Shown piece after piece: positions 8,336 through 17,812 of a DNA stretch of 41,216 bases. Positions within the stretch are counted from its first letter, which is position 1; every line of letters begins with the position of its first letter. The position numbers and the translations under genes are program-made. The stretch is taken from contig JBLWKA010000033.1 of the NCBI GenBank assembly GCA_048381555.1, positions 1 through 41,216 on the forward strand. Reading direction: 5' to 3'. The DNA is from Oscillochloridaceae bacterium umkhey_bin13. GTDB taxonomy: Bacteria; Chloroflexota; Chloroflexia; Chloroflexales; Chloroflexaceae. The notes below the pieces were generated by a model. That model was not told the origin of the DNA and made no database searches. It was given only the letters and a program-made list of their open reading frames with translations.

Positions 8336-10576
8336 TTACACCCCACCGATCACGCTTGCGACTGGCTGCTCGGCCAATTCGGGGAGCAAGGCGAGCATGC
8401 CTTCGGCGCGTAACAAGGCGCTCCGTTCCGCCTCGTCGGCTCGGCTCAGGGCGCGGGCCAACCCGTCCCGCAGACTCAATTGGGCTTGTTCGTCGGGGCT
8501 GAGGTGGCGGATCAGGGCGGCGGTGGCAGCAGCCAGGTAGGGCTGGGCCAAGATCAGGTTTGGCCCAGTTTGAGGGATGGCTTCTGCCCCATTGGCTAGG
8601 CCGTGGCTGGCCCCATTGCTTGGGACGACCCGATCAAGCAGGCGCCCGCCCAATTCACGCAAGGGGGCCGGAGCCGACGCAAGCAACCCTCCAACGCCAT
8701 CGCTCAGGCTCATGAGGCGCAGAATCTGCTGGGCGGCTTCGGGGGTGCCGTACAGTTTGAAGTCCATCGCCCCGAGCGCTTCGCCGATTGAACGGGCCTG
8801 GGCGGTGCCAACTTCGGTGTGAGCGGCTAAACGCATCCGTTCCAACTCGAGGCGCTGGGCCACGCCGTCATGGGCGGCCAGGGCTTCGGCCAGTGCCGCT
8901 TGCCCCTCGGCCTCGGCCAAGCCACGCGCCCGAATCGCTTCGGCCTCGGCCAGGCCACGCAAACGAATCGCTTCGGCCTCTTTGGCGGCGGCGGCAGCTT
9001 TGGCCTGGATTACCTCGGCTTCGGCCAGACCAGCCGCTGCGGCTTCGGCGCGGGCCGCCTCGGCGCGCAACTTATCGGCATCAGTCGAAGCCATCGCCTC
9101 GGTGCGACGAGCCTCGGCCAAACGAATTGCGGCCGTCGCCTCGGCTTCGGCTTTGCGATTAAGGGCCTCGGCCTCGGCTTCGGCATCCTTGACCCGTTTA
9201 AAGGCTTCGAGTTCGACTTCGTTCTTGCTCCGGATCAGTTCGCGCTGGGCGTCACGTTCGGCGCTAATAATCTGGATGCGGGCCTCGCGTTCGGCGGCAG
9301 CAGTTTCTTGCACCGTAAAGACGCCCTGTTCGGCGGCTTCACGTTCGGCGGCAATCGCCAAGCGTTCTTTTTCGGCAGCTTCTTGCAGGGCTTGCTGACG
9401 GGCCAGGGCGATACGGCGATCTTGATCGGCCAACTCGACAGCCTGTTGGCGCAAGACCTCGCTGCGCTTGACCTCGCGTTCGCGTTCTTGGGCGGCCAGA
9501 TCAATCGCCTGCTGCTTGCGCTGCTCGGCCACACTGACCGCCTGCTCCTTCTCTTGCTCGGCCTCGGCAATCGCCCGTTCTTTAATTACGCGGGCCATTT
9601 CAGCGGCCCGCTGCTGCTCATAGGTCGCCTGTTCGGCAGCGCTGCGTTCTTCGGCTTCACGGATCGCGATTTCGCGCTGCTGGGTCGCCCGGGCCTGGGC
9701 CAGACTCCGTTGCAAGGACAGGGTCTCTTCGTCTACTTGCGCATTGCGGCGGGCAACTTCGAGTTGGGTCATGCGCTCGATATCATTACGTTCCTGTTCG
9801 GCCGCCGAATTGCGGCGGGAAATCTCGATCAGTTTCGCCTGCTCAATATCGTTGCGCTCCTGTTCGGCAGTCGCATTGCGGCGCGCGACTTCGGTCTGGG
9901 TCTGCTGATCAATCTCGTTACGCTCTTTAAGCGCCTTCTGGATGACTTCGGCATTGGCACGCGCAACCTGGGCACCAAACACATCATCTACACCAAAACT
10001 CCCCTGGCGGGCACTCTTCAGGGCCGTAATCGAAACCGATTCGAGCACCAGCCCATTTTCGGCAAGATCGGCTCGCACCAGATTTTGCACCCGCTCGACA
10101 AACTTCTCGCGCTCCTGGTGCAGCGACATCAGAGTGAAGGTCGCGGCCACATCACGCAAGGCCCCTTCGAGTTTGCTTTCGACCAGCCGTTTGACACTAT
10201 CGGTATTGACTTCACCGCCGCCAATCGTGCGGGCCGCCCGCTCAATATCCTCGGCAATCGGATTGACCTTAATATAAAAGATCGCCCGAATATCGGCATA
10301 CTGCGGATCGACGGTTAAGAGCGCACTCGCTTCGGTGCGCTCAATATCAATATCCATGGTGCGCAGATCAACCCAGGTGATTTCGTGAAAGGCCGGAATG
10401 ACCCAATCACCACCATTGACGACGACCTTCGGCTTGGTACCGCCGGTCTTGACATAGGAACGGTCAGCAGGAGCCTTGACGTAGAAACGGGTGACGGCGG
10501 CAAAGAAGGCGATCAGAAAGAAGACAATCGCAACAATGACAATCCCGAATGACAGCGCAAACTGGATGATGTTCAT
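8336..10576 (-). CDS. floT: Flotillin (SPFH/band-7 family, YqiK/FloT-like) with an unusually long Ala/Glu-rich coiled coil and extra C-terminal region
   Basis: N-terminal TM segment, an SPFH domain, and an extensive EA-rich heptad region. GGAGG precedes the ATG. It forms a tight operon with the upstream nfeD-like gene. Confidence 0.85.
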   Translation of the reverse strand: MNIIQFALSFGIVIVAIVFFLIAFFAAVTRFYVKAPADRSYVKTGGTKPKVVVNGGDWVIPAFHEITWVDLRTMDIDIERTEASALLTVDPQYADIRAIFYIKVNPIAEDIERAARTIGGGEVNTDSVKRLVESKLEGALRDVAATFTLMSLHQEREKFVERVQNLVRADLAENGLVLESVSITALKSARQGSFGVDDVFGAQVARANAEVIQKALKERNEIDQQTQTEVARRNATAEQERNDIEQAKLIEISRRNSAAEQERNDIERMTQLEVARRNAQVDEETLSLQRSLAQARATQQREIAIREAEERSAAEQATYEQQRAAEMARVIKERAIAEAEQEKEQAVSVAEQRKQQAIDLAAQEREREVKRSEVLRQQAVELADQDRRIALARQQALQEAAEKERLAIAAEREAAEQGVFTVQETAAAEREARIQIISAERDAQRELIRSKNEVELEAFKRVKDAEAEAEALNRKAEAEATAAIRLAEARRTEAMASTDADKLRAEAARAEAAAAGLAEAEVIQAKAAAAAKEAEAIRLRGLAEAEAIRARGLAEAEGQAALAEALAAHDGVAQRLELERMRLAAHTEVGTAQARSIGEALGAMDFKLYGTPEAAQQILRLMSLSDGVGGLLASAPAPLRELGGRLLDRVVPSNGASHGLANGAEAIPQTGPNLILAQPYLAAATAALIRHLSPDEQAQLSLRDGLARALSRADEAERSALLRAEGMLALLPELAEQPVASVIGGV

Positions 10577-10578
10577 CG

Positions 10579-11253
10579 CTACCTCCGCAGTAGGCGCACC
10601 ACAAAATGACGCCGGGCCGGATCATAGCTCAGCAAGGCGACTTCGGATTGGATGGGTAGTGCCTCATCCTGTTCGGTAATCGCAAACACGGTATGCAACG
10701 TGCCGTGGTGATCGCGCACACTGACTCGCCCGTAGGTGCGACTGATCGGGCTCACTGCCAGGCCAACCCGCCCGACCAGGTCGGTATGGGCAATCGCCGT
10801 GCTCGAACGAGGGGCCAGCCGGGCCAGATTGAAGGCAATGCTGCGCGTGAGCGGCAGAACCGCCCCCAGCGACACTAGCAAGACCACCAAAAACATCCAG
10901 GCCGGATAGCTACCTAAGATGAGCATAATCAGGCTATTGAGGATCAGCCCGACGGCCCCAAGGCTCAGTAACAGGGCCATCAAAATGAGCATAAGCGGCA
11001 GCTTACCTACGCCAAACAGGCCCAAAATTCCGCCAGACGCAGTTCCGGGAGCGTCGGCCACGGCATCGGGCAGATCTGCCTCAAACTCAGGCCCGGTCGC
11101 CTCAAGCTCAGGCCCGGTCGCCTCAAGCTCGGGGCTGGCCTCATCACCACCGCCGCCGCCCAGGACTTGGATCAATGCCAAAATCAGACTGGTGGCGAGG
11201 GCTAGCAAAAAGGGGGTATTCTGCCAACTGAACAGGAAAGCAAGCTCGTCCAT
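10579..11253 (-). CDS. nfeD: NfeD/YqiJ-like membrane protein (partner of flotillin)
   Basis: Membrane segments followed by a C-terminal OB-fold-like domain (GRVGLAVSPISRTYGRVSVRDHHGTLHTVFAI). Its stop lies 2 nt before the flotillin ATG. Confidence 0.7.
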   Translation of the reverse strand: MDELAFLFSWQNTPFLLALATSLILALIQVLGGGGGDEASPELEATGPELEATGPEFEADLPDAVADAPGTASGGILGLFGVGKLPLMLILMALLLSLGAVGLILNSLIMLILGSYPAWMFLVVLLVSLGAVLPLTRSIAFNLARLAPRSSTAIAHTDLVGRVGLAVSPISRTYGRVSVRDHHGTLHTVFAITEQDEALPIQSEVALLSYDPARRHFVVRLLRR

Positions 11254-11309
11254 GGCTTAGTATTGTAGCATGGTCTGCGCAGACAGGGCAGGGATTCCCG
11301 GGGCGGGTG

Positions 11310-11504
11310 TAGGGCGATTGCATCTTCGGTTGATGGGGGGCTTCCGCGCATCACACCGTTCTGTGCTGCCCGTTCCGTCGCCGTGAACGGCTCGGCTACG
11401 GGAGGCAACGCCGACCTTCGTCGGCTCGATCAGGCCACGCAGGTGGCCTTCGCATGCCATAGCCGAGGCGTTCACGCCCACGGCAGAAAGATGCAATCGC
11501 CCTA
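11310..11504. repeat. Structured intergenic element. A 17-bp inverted repeat (TAGGGCGATTGCATCTT / AAGATGCAATCGCCCTA) encloses a second inverted pair (GTGAACGGCTCGGCTACGG / CCATAGCCGAGGCGTTCAC). It is followed by three tandem copies of a GGGGCGGGTGACGCGATCC unit.
   Basis: Read directly. The inner 19-mer recurs at about 38854. Confidence 0.7.
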
Positions 11505-11628
11505 GGGGCGGGTGACGCGATCCCGGGGCGGGTGACGCGATCCCCGGGGCGGGCGACGTGATCGTCTGCCACAAACGGTTACCAGATGCTATACTGGGGC
11601 GGATTGGTTGAACCGTAGGGAGGCGGCG

Positions 11629-12093
11629 ATGCAAAATGGTGATGGGATTGTCTGGTACGAGGGCTTAGGCTTCGATATCGGAACCCGTGTGGCGATCAAT
11701 GGGGACGAGGCCCAGACCCTCGCAGGGGCCAACGCAGGCAATGTGGTTGGCTTCGAGGCGAGTGGCCCCCGTCCCGGCGAAAACTTTATTCGGGTTCTGG
11801 TGCAACCCGATACGTTCACCCCGCAGATTGTGGCCTTGCCCCCGGCCACCCTGACCCCCGAACCTGGCTCGGAGCGTGATGGGTTGGCCCGCAGCATTCT
11901 GGCCGGGTTGGCCCAATCCTTGCCGCCTGCCCAGTATCAAGCTTTGCTTCGTTGGCTCGCCGGCGAGCCAGGTCAGCAACTTGCGAACGACCCCAGCATT
12001 CGGCGGCAACGGGTACGGGTGGCCGGACTGAGCCTGCCCGGTTTAGTTTTGCCCGAACTGGTTATGCTGGCGGCAAGCCAGGTTCAGGATTAA
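11629..12093 (+). CDS. Hypothetical protein
   Basis: Coding-like GC3 pattern. GGGAGG lies 6 nt upstream of the ATG at 11629, and a TATACT -10-like hexamer sits about 33 nt upstream. Confidence 0.5.
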   Translation: MQNGDGIVWYEGLGFDIGTRVAINGDEAQTLAGANAGNVVGFEASGPRPGENFIRVLVQPDTFTPQIVALPPATLTPEPGSERDGLARSILAGLAQSLPPAQYQALLRWLAGEPGQQLANDPSIRRQRVRVAGLSLPGLVLPELVMLAASQVQD

Positions 12094-12568
12094 GCAGACA
12101 GACCACCCGATCCCCTACCCGCACAACCCCTTCGCTTAAGACCCGGGCATACAGACGGCTCCACCCTGGGTGTAACTTGGCCGAAATTCGCTTAAACTCG
12201 CCATCACGGAACGAGTCGGCAATCGTGCTACACGGGGCGGCAAAGTCTGTTACTTCGAGTTCGACCCATTCACCAATCAGTAGGCGGGTGCCGATACCCA
12301 AACGGGCCCAATCCAACCCGGCCAGGGTCAGGTTTTCGCCCGTCGTACCTGGCCCAATCATATGCCCCTCGCCTCGCAGGGCCTCGATCCGTTCCAGCGC
12401 ATACAAGCAGACGGCCCGTTCAGGCCCGCCATGCACCCGCCGGTCGCGTTGCAGATCGCCCACGACCCCGTTAATGGTTAATTCGGCGCTGGGTACGGCG
12501 TATTTTGGAACCCCACCCCGCGGATTGACATTGATCTGCACCAACTGACCATGAGTTGCGTTACTCAA
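12062..12568 (-). CDS. MOSC domain protein (YiiM-like)
   Basis: HGGPERAVCLY motif characteristic of the MOSC beta-barrel; about 168 aa. Confidence 0.7.
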   Translation of the reverse strand: MSNATHGQLVQINVNPRGGVPKYAVPSAELTINGVVGDLQRDRRVHGGPERAVCLYALERIEALRGEGHMIGPGTTGENLTLAGLDWARLGIGTRLLIGEWVELEVTDFAAPCSTIADSFRDGEFKRISAKLHPGWSRLYARVLSEGVVRVGDRVVCLLNPEPGLPPA

Positions 12569-12778
12569 AGCGGGACTCCTTCAACGAGGGAGCAAGCCAT
12601 ACGAACTGCGGGTATCCGGCCCAAACAGGTTCAAGCAGATGTATAGTACGAGCACCTTATTACCAGAGTCAGCATCCTAGCCAAGCGGTTAGCTGATCGT
12701 TGGATTGGCTCGAGTACAATCGCTGAGGAGCGGAACAGTGCCGATGTGTCCGCCACGCCTATTGCACAAGGAGTCCCT

Positions 12779-13156
12779 ATGCGCCTGTTGATTCGCTGGG
12801 CAATCACCGCCGCTGCCCTGTTTGTGGCGGTCTTGGTTGTCCCCGGCATCAGGATCGAAGACCAGAATGCCTGGCTCGCCGTCTTTGTAATGGCCGCCGT
12901 CTTTGGGCTGGTCAATGCCTTTATTCGCCCCTTGATCACCTTGCTCTCGTGCCCGCTGGTGCTGTTGACCCTGGGCCTCTTCACGCTGGTGATCAACGCA
13001 ATCTGTTTTAGCCTGTCTTCCTGGATCGCCCAAAACTTCTTTGGCATTCGCTTTATTGTTGACGGCTTCTTCCCAGCCTTTTTTGGCGCAATTATCGTCA
13101 GTATCGTCTCGTTCTTGCTCTCGCTCTTTTTACCCGATAAGAACGAGAAGCGTTAA
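12779..13156 (+). CDS. DUF360/YvlD-like four-TM membrane protein (phage holin-4 superfamily)
   Basis: Four hydrophobic helices. AGGAG lies 7 nt upstream of the ATG at 12779. Confidence 0.6.
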   Translation: MRLLIRWAITAAALFVAVLVVPGIRIEDQNAWLAVFVMAAVFGLVNAFIRPLITLLSCPLVLLTLGLFTLVINAICFSLSSWIAQNFFGIRFIVDGFFPAFFGAIIVSIVSFLLSLFLPDKNEKR

Positions 13157-13232
13157 GTCCTGGATCCAAATCTATCCGCATCGGCTATAATTCGGTGTAC
13201 CATCCAATTCTCATTTGCAAGGAGCTAATGCC

Positions 13233-14039
13233 ATGAGCGAGTCCCCGATCGAACTGATCGTCTCGGCCTTCCAGAGTCCTGACGCCGCTGATCAGGCCAT
13301 GAAGGAGATTGTCGAGGCCAAGAAGGAGCGGCTGGTCAAGATCCATGGTGCCGCCGTTGTGCGCCGCGATGCCGAAGGCAAGTTGCACATCCGCGAACGA
13401 GGTGACGTGAGCGCGGGCATGGGTGCCGGGAGCGGCGCGGCCCTCGGGGCGGCCATTGGTCTGTTCGGTGGCCCGATTGGGGCCTTGCTCGGCAGTGGCG
13501 TCGGGGCCGCGATTGGTGGGGTTGCAAGCCACCTGATTGATACCGGCATCCCCAATGATCGCCTCAAGCAGATCGGCGAAGCCCTGAAGCCCAATACCTC
13601 GGCCTTGGTCGCCATGATCGAGCACACCTGGGTCGCCGAACTCGAAGCCGAACTGTCTCGCGCCGGTGGCGATACGCTGGCCCACGCCGTCACCGCCGAT
13701 ATTGCCCGCCAACTTGAAGCCGGGAAAGAAGTTGCCTACAGCGCCGTCGCGGCCGCCGGTGGCACGATCACGACCCGCACCACCAGCGACGAAGAGGGGA
13801 TCTCGGTACAGAAGATTGTCACCGACGGCGAGGAAATGGTGGCCGGGGCAATCGAGATCACCAAGGACTCGATCAGTGGCATGGTCACCGATGGCAAAGA
13901 GTTTGTCGCCGGGGTGATCGAGAAGGTCGATGAGACCGTTGAGACGGCGACTGAAAAGGTCGAAGAGATTGCGGCTGAAGCTGCCGAAAAGGTCGAAGAG
14001 GCCAAAGACGCCGTTGATGATGCGACCAAGAAGGATTAG
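13233..14039 (+). CDS. DUF1269-family membrane protein with a repetitive acidic C-terminal extension
   Basis: The N-terminal ~100 aa match the DUF1269 pattern. A glycine-zipper segment (GAGSGAALGAAIGLFGGPIGALLGSGVGAAIGG) follows, then a tail containing VTDG(E/K)E(M/F)VAG(A/V)IE repeats. AGGAG precedes the ATG. Confidence 0.6.
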   Translation: MSESPIELIVSAFQSPDAADQAMKEIVEAKKERLVKIHGAAVVRRDAEGKLHIRERGDVSAGMGAGSGAALGAAIGLFGGPIGALLGSGVGAAIGGVASHLIDTGIPNDRLKQIGEALKPNTSALVAMIEHTWVAELEAELSRAGGDTLAHAVTADIARQLEAGKEVAYSAVAAAGGTITTRTTSDEEGISVQKIVTDGEEMVAGAIEITKDSISGMVTDGKEFVAGVIEKVDETVETATEKVEEIAAEAAEKVEEAKDAVDDATKKD

Positions 14040-14044
14040 GCCGC

Positions 14045-14746
14045 GTGAGGTGGGCACAGCTCTTTGAGGCATCGGCGGCCGCGTCACTCAATGACGTGGC
14101 CCGCCTGCTTGAACGACAATTCCCCGAGATTCTCTGGATGGGTGACCCGCACCGCCACGAGGTCGCGCTTACCTTTGATGATGGCCCCGATCCCACTGAT
14201 ACGCCGGCCCTACTCAAGGTGCTTGATCACCACGGTGTCACCGCCACCTTTTCGTGGCTCGGCGAACGAGTACGAGCCTATCCCGCGTTGGTGCGGGCTG
14301 CCGCGAAGGCGGGCCACCAGTTGATGGTACATGGCTATCGTCATCGTTCGTTTCTGGTTGAGCAGCAGGACGAGTTGCGCCAGATGCTCGACCAGACCCA
14401 ACTGCTCCTGGCGGCCTATAGCGGCCACGATCCTGCAAGCATTACGAGTGTGCGCCCGCCGTATGGGCATATCAGCCGCTCGTTGGTGCACGCCTTGACC
14501 AGTTGGGGTTACGAACCAGTGCTGTGTAGCATTATGCCTGTCCACTGGATGCTGCCCGCCGAACTGAGCGTGCGCCATACCGTGACCCAGACCGCCCCTG
14601 GTTCGTTGATTGTGCTTCACGAAGCCCTTGGTGGGCCACCCGTCGCCGAACTGACTGATGCGATCCTCAGCCAGTTGCGCGAACGTGGGTACACCTATGT
14701 CACAGTTGATGCCCTGCGCACCAGTCGCCAGGCATCGTTACGCTAA
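14045..14746 (+). CDS. Polysaccharide deacetylase (NodB homology domain)
   Basis: TFDDGP motif and the histidine motifs of carbohydrate esterase family 4. Confidence 0.7.
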   Translation: MRWAQLFEASAAASLNDVARLLERQFPEILWMGDPHRHEVALTFDDGPDPTDTPALLKVLDHHGVTATFSWLGERVRAYPALVRAAAKAGHQLMVHGYRHRSFLVEQQDELRQMLDQTQLLLAAYSGHDPASITSVRPPYGHISRSLVHALTSWGYEPVLCSIMPVHWMLPAELSVRHTVTQTAPGSLIVLHEALGGPPVAELTDAILSQLRERGYTYVTVDALRTSRQASLR

Positions 14747-14756
14747 ACAACATATC

Positions 14757-15398
14757 ATGGAAAATTCGGTGCTTGCAACCCTGGCTGCCGTTGGTGCGCT
14801 GGTCACCGGGGATCATCTGGTCTATACGTCGGGCCGCCATGGCAGTAGTTATGTCAATAAAGATGCACTCTACCCACATACGGCTGCAACCTCGGCGGTC
14901 TGTGCCCTGTTAGCCCAACACTTTGCGTCGGCCGAGGTCGAAGTGGTCGCCGGGCCTACGGTGGGTGGGGTGATCATGGCCCAATGGACCGCCCACCACC
15001 TGAGTGCCATGACTGGACGCGAGGTGCTGGCGGTCTATGCCGAAGAAGAACAGGTCGGCGAGGCGCGGCTGCGCCGGTTACGCCGCGGCTATGATCGCCT
15101 GGTCGCTGGCCGCCGCGTGCTGGTGGTCGAGGATATTCTGACCACGGGCTTGTCGGCGCGGCTGGTGGTCGAGGCAGTCACGGCAGCGGGGGGGCAGGTG
15201 GTGGGCCTGGGTGCACTCTGTAACCGGGGGGGCGTTACCGCATCCCAGCTCGGCGCACCCAGCCTGTTTGCCCTCACCGACGTGCCGCTCGAAAGTTACG
15301 ATCCGGCGGACTGCCCACTCTGCGCGGCGGGCTTCCCTGTCAATACCCGGCTCGGCAAAGGCGCGGCCTTCATTAAGGCCCGGCTGCAAGTCCCTTAG
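14757..15398 (+). CDS. Phosphoribosyltransferase (orotate-PRTase-like)
   Basis: PRPP-binding motif VLVVEDILTTGLS and a PyrE-like architecture. The ATG at 14757 is preferred; the ORF-track start at 14658 would overlap the previous gene by about 90 nt. Confidence 0.65.
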   Translation: MENSVLATLAAVGALVTGDHLVYTSGRHGSSYVNKDALYPHTAATSAVCALLAQHFASAEVEVVAGPTVGGVIMAQWTAHHLSAMTGREVLAVYAEEEQVGEARLRRLRRGYDRLVAGRRVLVVEDILTTGLSARLVVEAVTAAGGQVVGLGALCNRGGVTASQLGAPSLFALTDVPLESYDPADCPLCAAGFPVNTRLGKGAAFIKARLQVP

Positions 15399-15406
15399 CA
15401 GCTAGT

Positions 15407-15649
15407 TTACATAGGCGTTGGCCCGCCATGCAACTCCTCGACCAGATGCGAGCGCGACTCGACTTCGGAGAGCCGTAGCGACGCGAAGAGCGAGGCATCA
15501 CGCATCAGTTCGCGGGATCGTTCAGTCGGCATGGTGCGCAATTCGTCGAGCGAGAAGCCTAAACCTCTCAGGTATTCCTCAAGATAGGCCCACTCGAGAT
15601 AGGCTTGCGCGACGCGGGCGGTGGTCTCGACATTGAACTGGCTAGCCAT
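15407..15649 (-). CDS. Small hypothetical protein (80 aa)
   Basis: GGAGG lies 7 nt upstream of the ATG (MASQFNVETT...). It is the internal start of a longer ORF-track ORF. Confidence 0.4.
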   Translation of the reverse strand: MASQFNVETTARVAQAYLEWAYLEEYLRGLGFSLDELRTMPTERSRELMRDASLFASLRLSEVESRSHLVEELHGGPTPM

Positions 15650-15796
15650 GGCACACCTCCTCACGATTTTGAAGCTTAACTTTTGAATTTTGGGTAGGGC
15701 TTCAAGGTAGATCAATGCCACCCTACTATCAGTATACGCCCATAAGTTCACAAAAGTAGGAATTATCTTGTCACCCGACGCAAGCAGATCGCTACT

Positions 15797-16297
15797 ATGG
15801 ACATCAAAATCATTCGCAGTGAACGACGCGCCCGCACCGTCACAGTGCGCCAGGTGGGCAGCACGATCGAGGTACTGGCCCCGGCCCACCTGAGCGATAG
15901 CGAGCTTGAACCGATTGTCGCCCGCTTGATCGCCCGGCTCGAGCGCCGCAACGAACGGCAAGCGCTTGATGATGCCGATCTGGTGCGGATTGCAACCAGC
16001 TTGAATCAACGCCATTTTGGCGGTAAGCTCAGTTGGACGAGCCTGCAATGGAGTACCGAGCAGCAGCGGCGGTTTGGCAGTTGCACCCCGGCCAACCGCA
16101 GTATTCGCATCTCGACCCGGCTAGCCCAGATGCCGCGTTTTGTGCTCGAATATGTGATTATGCACGAACTGGCCCATCTGGTCGAAGCCAACCATGGGCC
16201 ACGCTTCTGGCAACTCGTTGCGCGCTACCCGCTCAGCGAACGGGCCAGGGGCTATTTAATGGCGATCGGCCTTGAGGATCTCGATGAGCAAGCATAG
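15797..16297 (+). CDS. DUF45/YgjP-like zinc metallopeptidase (HEXXH)
   Basis: IMHELAHL zinc-binding motif and the right size (166 aa). It sits in an AT-rich divergent promoter region shared with the small gene. Confidence 0.65.
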   Translation: MDIKIIRSERRARTVTVRQVGSTIEVLAPAHLSDSELEPIVARLIARLERRNERQALDDADLVRIATSLNQRHFGGKLSWTSLQWSTEQQRRFGSCTPANRSIRISTRLAQMPRFVLEYVIMHELAHLVEANHGPRFWQLVARYPLSERARGYLMAIGLEDLDEQA

Positions 16298-16339
16298 TTT
16301 TCCCCGTTCCTAGGATTGGGATTAAGGATAGATAGGGGG

Positions 16340-16430
16340 GACAACTATCCATGTCATTCCGAACGAAGTGAGGAATTTTCACTGATCCGCACTGAAGACC
16401 CCTCACTTCGTTCGGGGTGACAAGGTGAAC
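16340..16430. repeat. Isolated copy of the MITE-like family-1 hairpin (TGTCATTCCGAACGAAGTGAGG...CCTCACTTCGTTCGGGGTGACAA)
   Basis: Arms of about 22 bp, near-perfectly reverse-complementary. Confidence 0.8.
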
Positions 16431-16545
16431 GCTTCGTGTGACAAGCCGTCATAGGCATCGGACGGCATCAGAACGGCACAGACTCGCCTCGAAGTCCCCC
16501 CTCTCCCAGCAGTGGGGTGGTTCGCAACGGCGGCGTGGTAACGCA

Positions 16546-17812
16546 TTAGGGTGTAGTGAGTCCGAGCTGCCAGCCCTCTAGCGCTTGAACCGTTGTCGTA
16601 GCCCCTTGGCTCACAAGCGCCAGGCCCAGACTATCAGCGCGGGTTGGATAGATCCGGCTCGCAATCACTACCCGTTCGTTCGCGAAGATCTCGATCACCG
16701 AGCGATCCAGAAAGATCCGCAAGGCCAGGGCTTCCCCGGAATCGAGCAGCAGCGGGGCCACATGGGGCGTCTGATCTACCTCGGGATCAAGGCTCGCTCA
16801 CTGCCGATCCAGGCGTAACTCCTGACGGGCCGAATCGTACCAGAGCCAGGTCACTTCGCTAGCATCAGGGCTACGGCGCAGGGGCCAGGCCCACCTGGCT
16901 ACCCACAGCCGGCTCCAGGCGCAAGGCGAGTTCGAGCGTATCACCCGCGAAGTCAAGTGGCACCAACTGGTCTGCGGGAAGGGTTACCGGTTCCAGCTTA
17001 ACGTGATTCTGGCGCAGGCGGGTCACTTCATCGGCGGGACGGATGCATAGACGGCCAGCGGCATCACAGGCGAGTTGACGCGGCAGGCTCATCACCCCAG
17101 CCCAACCCGCTGCCAGATGCGCGGCCTCGTTCCGGCCCTCGGCAATCCAGCCAAAGACCAGCCGCCGCTCCTGCTGATCACGGAAAGATTGGGGGGCATA
17201 CCAATAGCGATCGCCATAATCGAGTTTCTGGGCCTGGGTGGGGCGAAAGCGTCCATGCTGATAGTCGCCCAGCATAATCAAACTATGGTTGGGATCTTGC
17301 TCCCAGACCGAGATCGTCAGGGCGTACGCAGTCCCAAGCGGAAAGAGATCGGGGCACTCCCAGACCGAACCCGTCCAGGGCAGACCCTGCGGCAACTCGT
17401 CGGCGACCAGCAAGGGGCCAAGATAGCGCCAATTCTGCAGATCGGGCGAGCGAAAGTGCAGAGCGGCCCCGCCCCGGCCATGCAAGCCCGCCCCCATCAA
17501 CATACTCCAGCCCCCAGCTTCGGGCCAGACACAATGATCACGCATGGCCAGCAGATCCAGGTCGGCGGGCGGATCGCAGAGGGGATTAGCGGGATCCTTG
17601 TGCCAGGTTTGCAACCCATCATGGCTCGTGGCCCGACAGGGCAATTCGAGCGAGCCGTGGCGGTGGCCGCTGTAGATCAACGTGGGCAGACCGGCATCAT
17701 CTACGGCACAGCCCGACCAGCAGCCATCAGCATCAGGGCCACCAGGATCAGGCTGTAAGGCGATCGGCTCGTGCTACCAATGGAGCAGATCGGCACTCGT
17801 AGCATGGCCCCA
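16546..17812 (-). pseudogene. Glycoside hydrolase family 32 (beta-fructofuranosidase/levanase) pseudogene. The N-terminus including NDPNG is missing, and the gene carries an in-frame TAG, a frameshift and an in-frame TGA.
   Basis: The stretch [27 protein letters not shown]...CWSGCAVDD..LIYSGH matches the GH32 WGHAxSxDLxHWEHLPIAL..CFSGSAV region, with TAG where the conserved Glu codon is expected. The WECPDLF motif is present. The C-terminal beta-sandwich (LRIFLDRSVIEIFANERVV) continues in another frame after a TGA. Confidence 0.75.

Noticed and set aside
8870-10318. Long + strand ORF (482 aa) and several 60-140 aa ORFs overlapping the flotillin gene
   Set aside because: This is an antisense shadow ORF typical of high-GC DNA. 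Its translation is low-complexity (G/L/F/R-rich) and the opposite strand encodes a well-supported flotillin.
11257-11634. 125-aa minus-strand ORF in the nfeD upstream region
   Set aside because: It lies entirely within the nested inverted-repeat and tandem-repeat element, has no ribosome-binding site, and has repeat-derived codons.
13185-14087. 300-aa minus-strand ORF across the DUF1269 gene
   Set aside because: Antisense shadow. The + strand gene has a ribosome-binding site and a recognisable family pattern.
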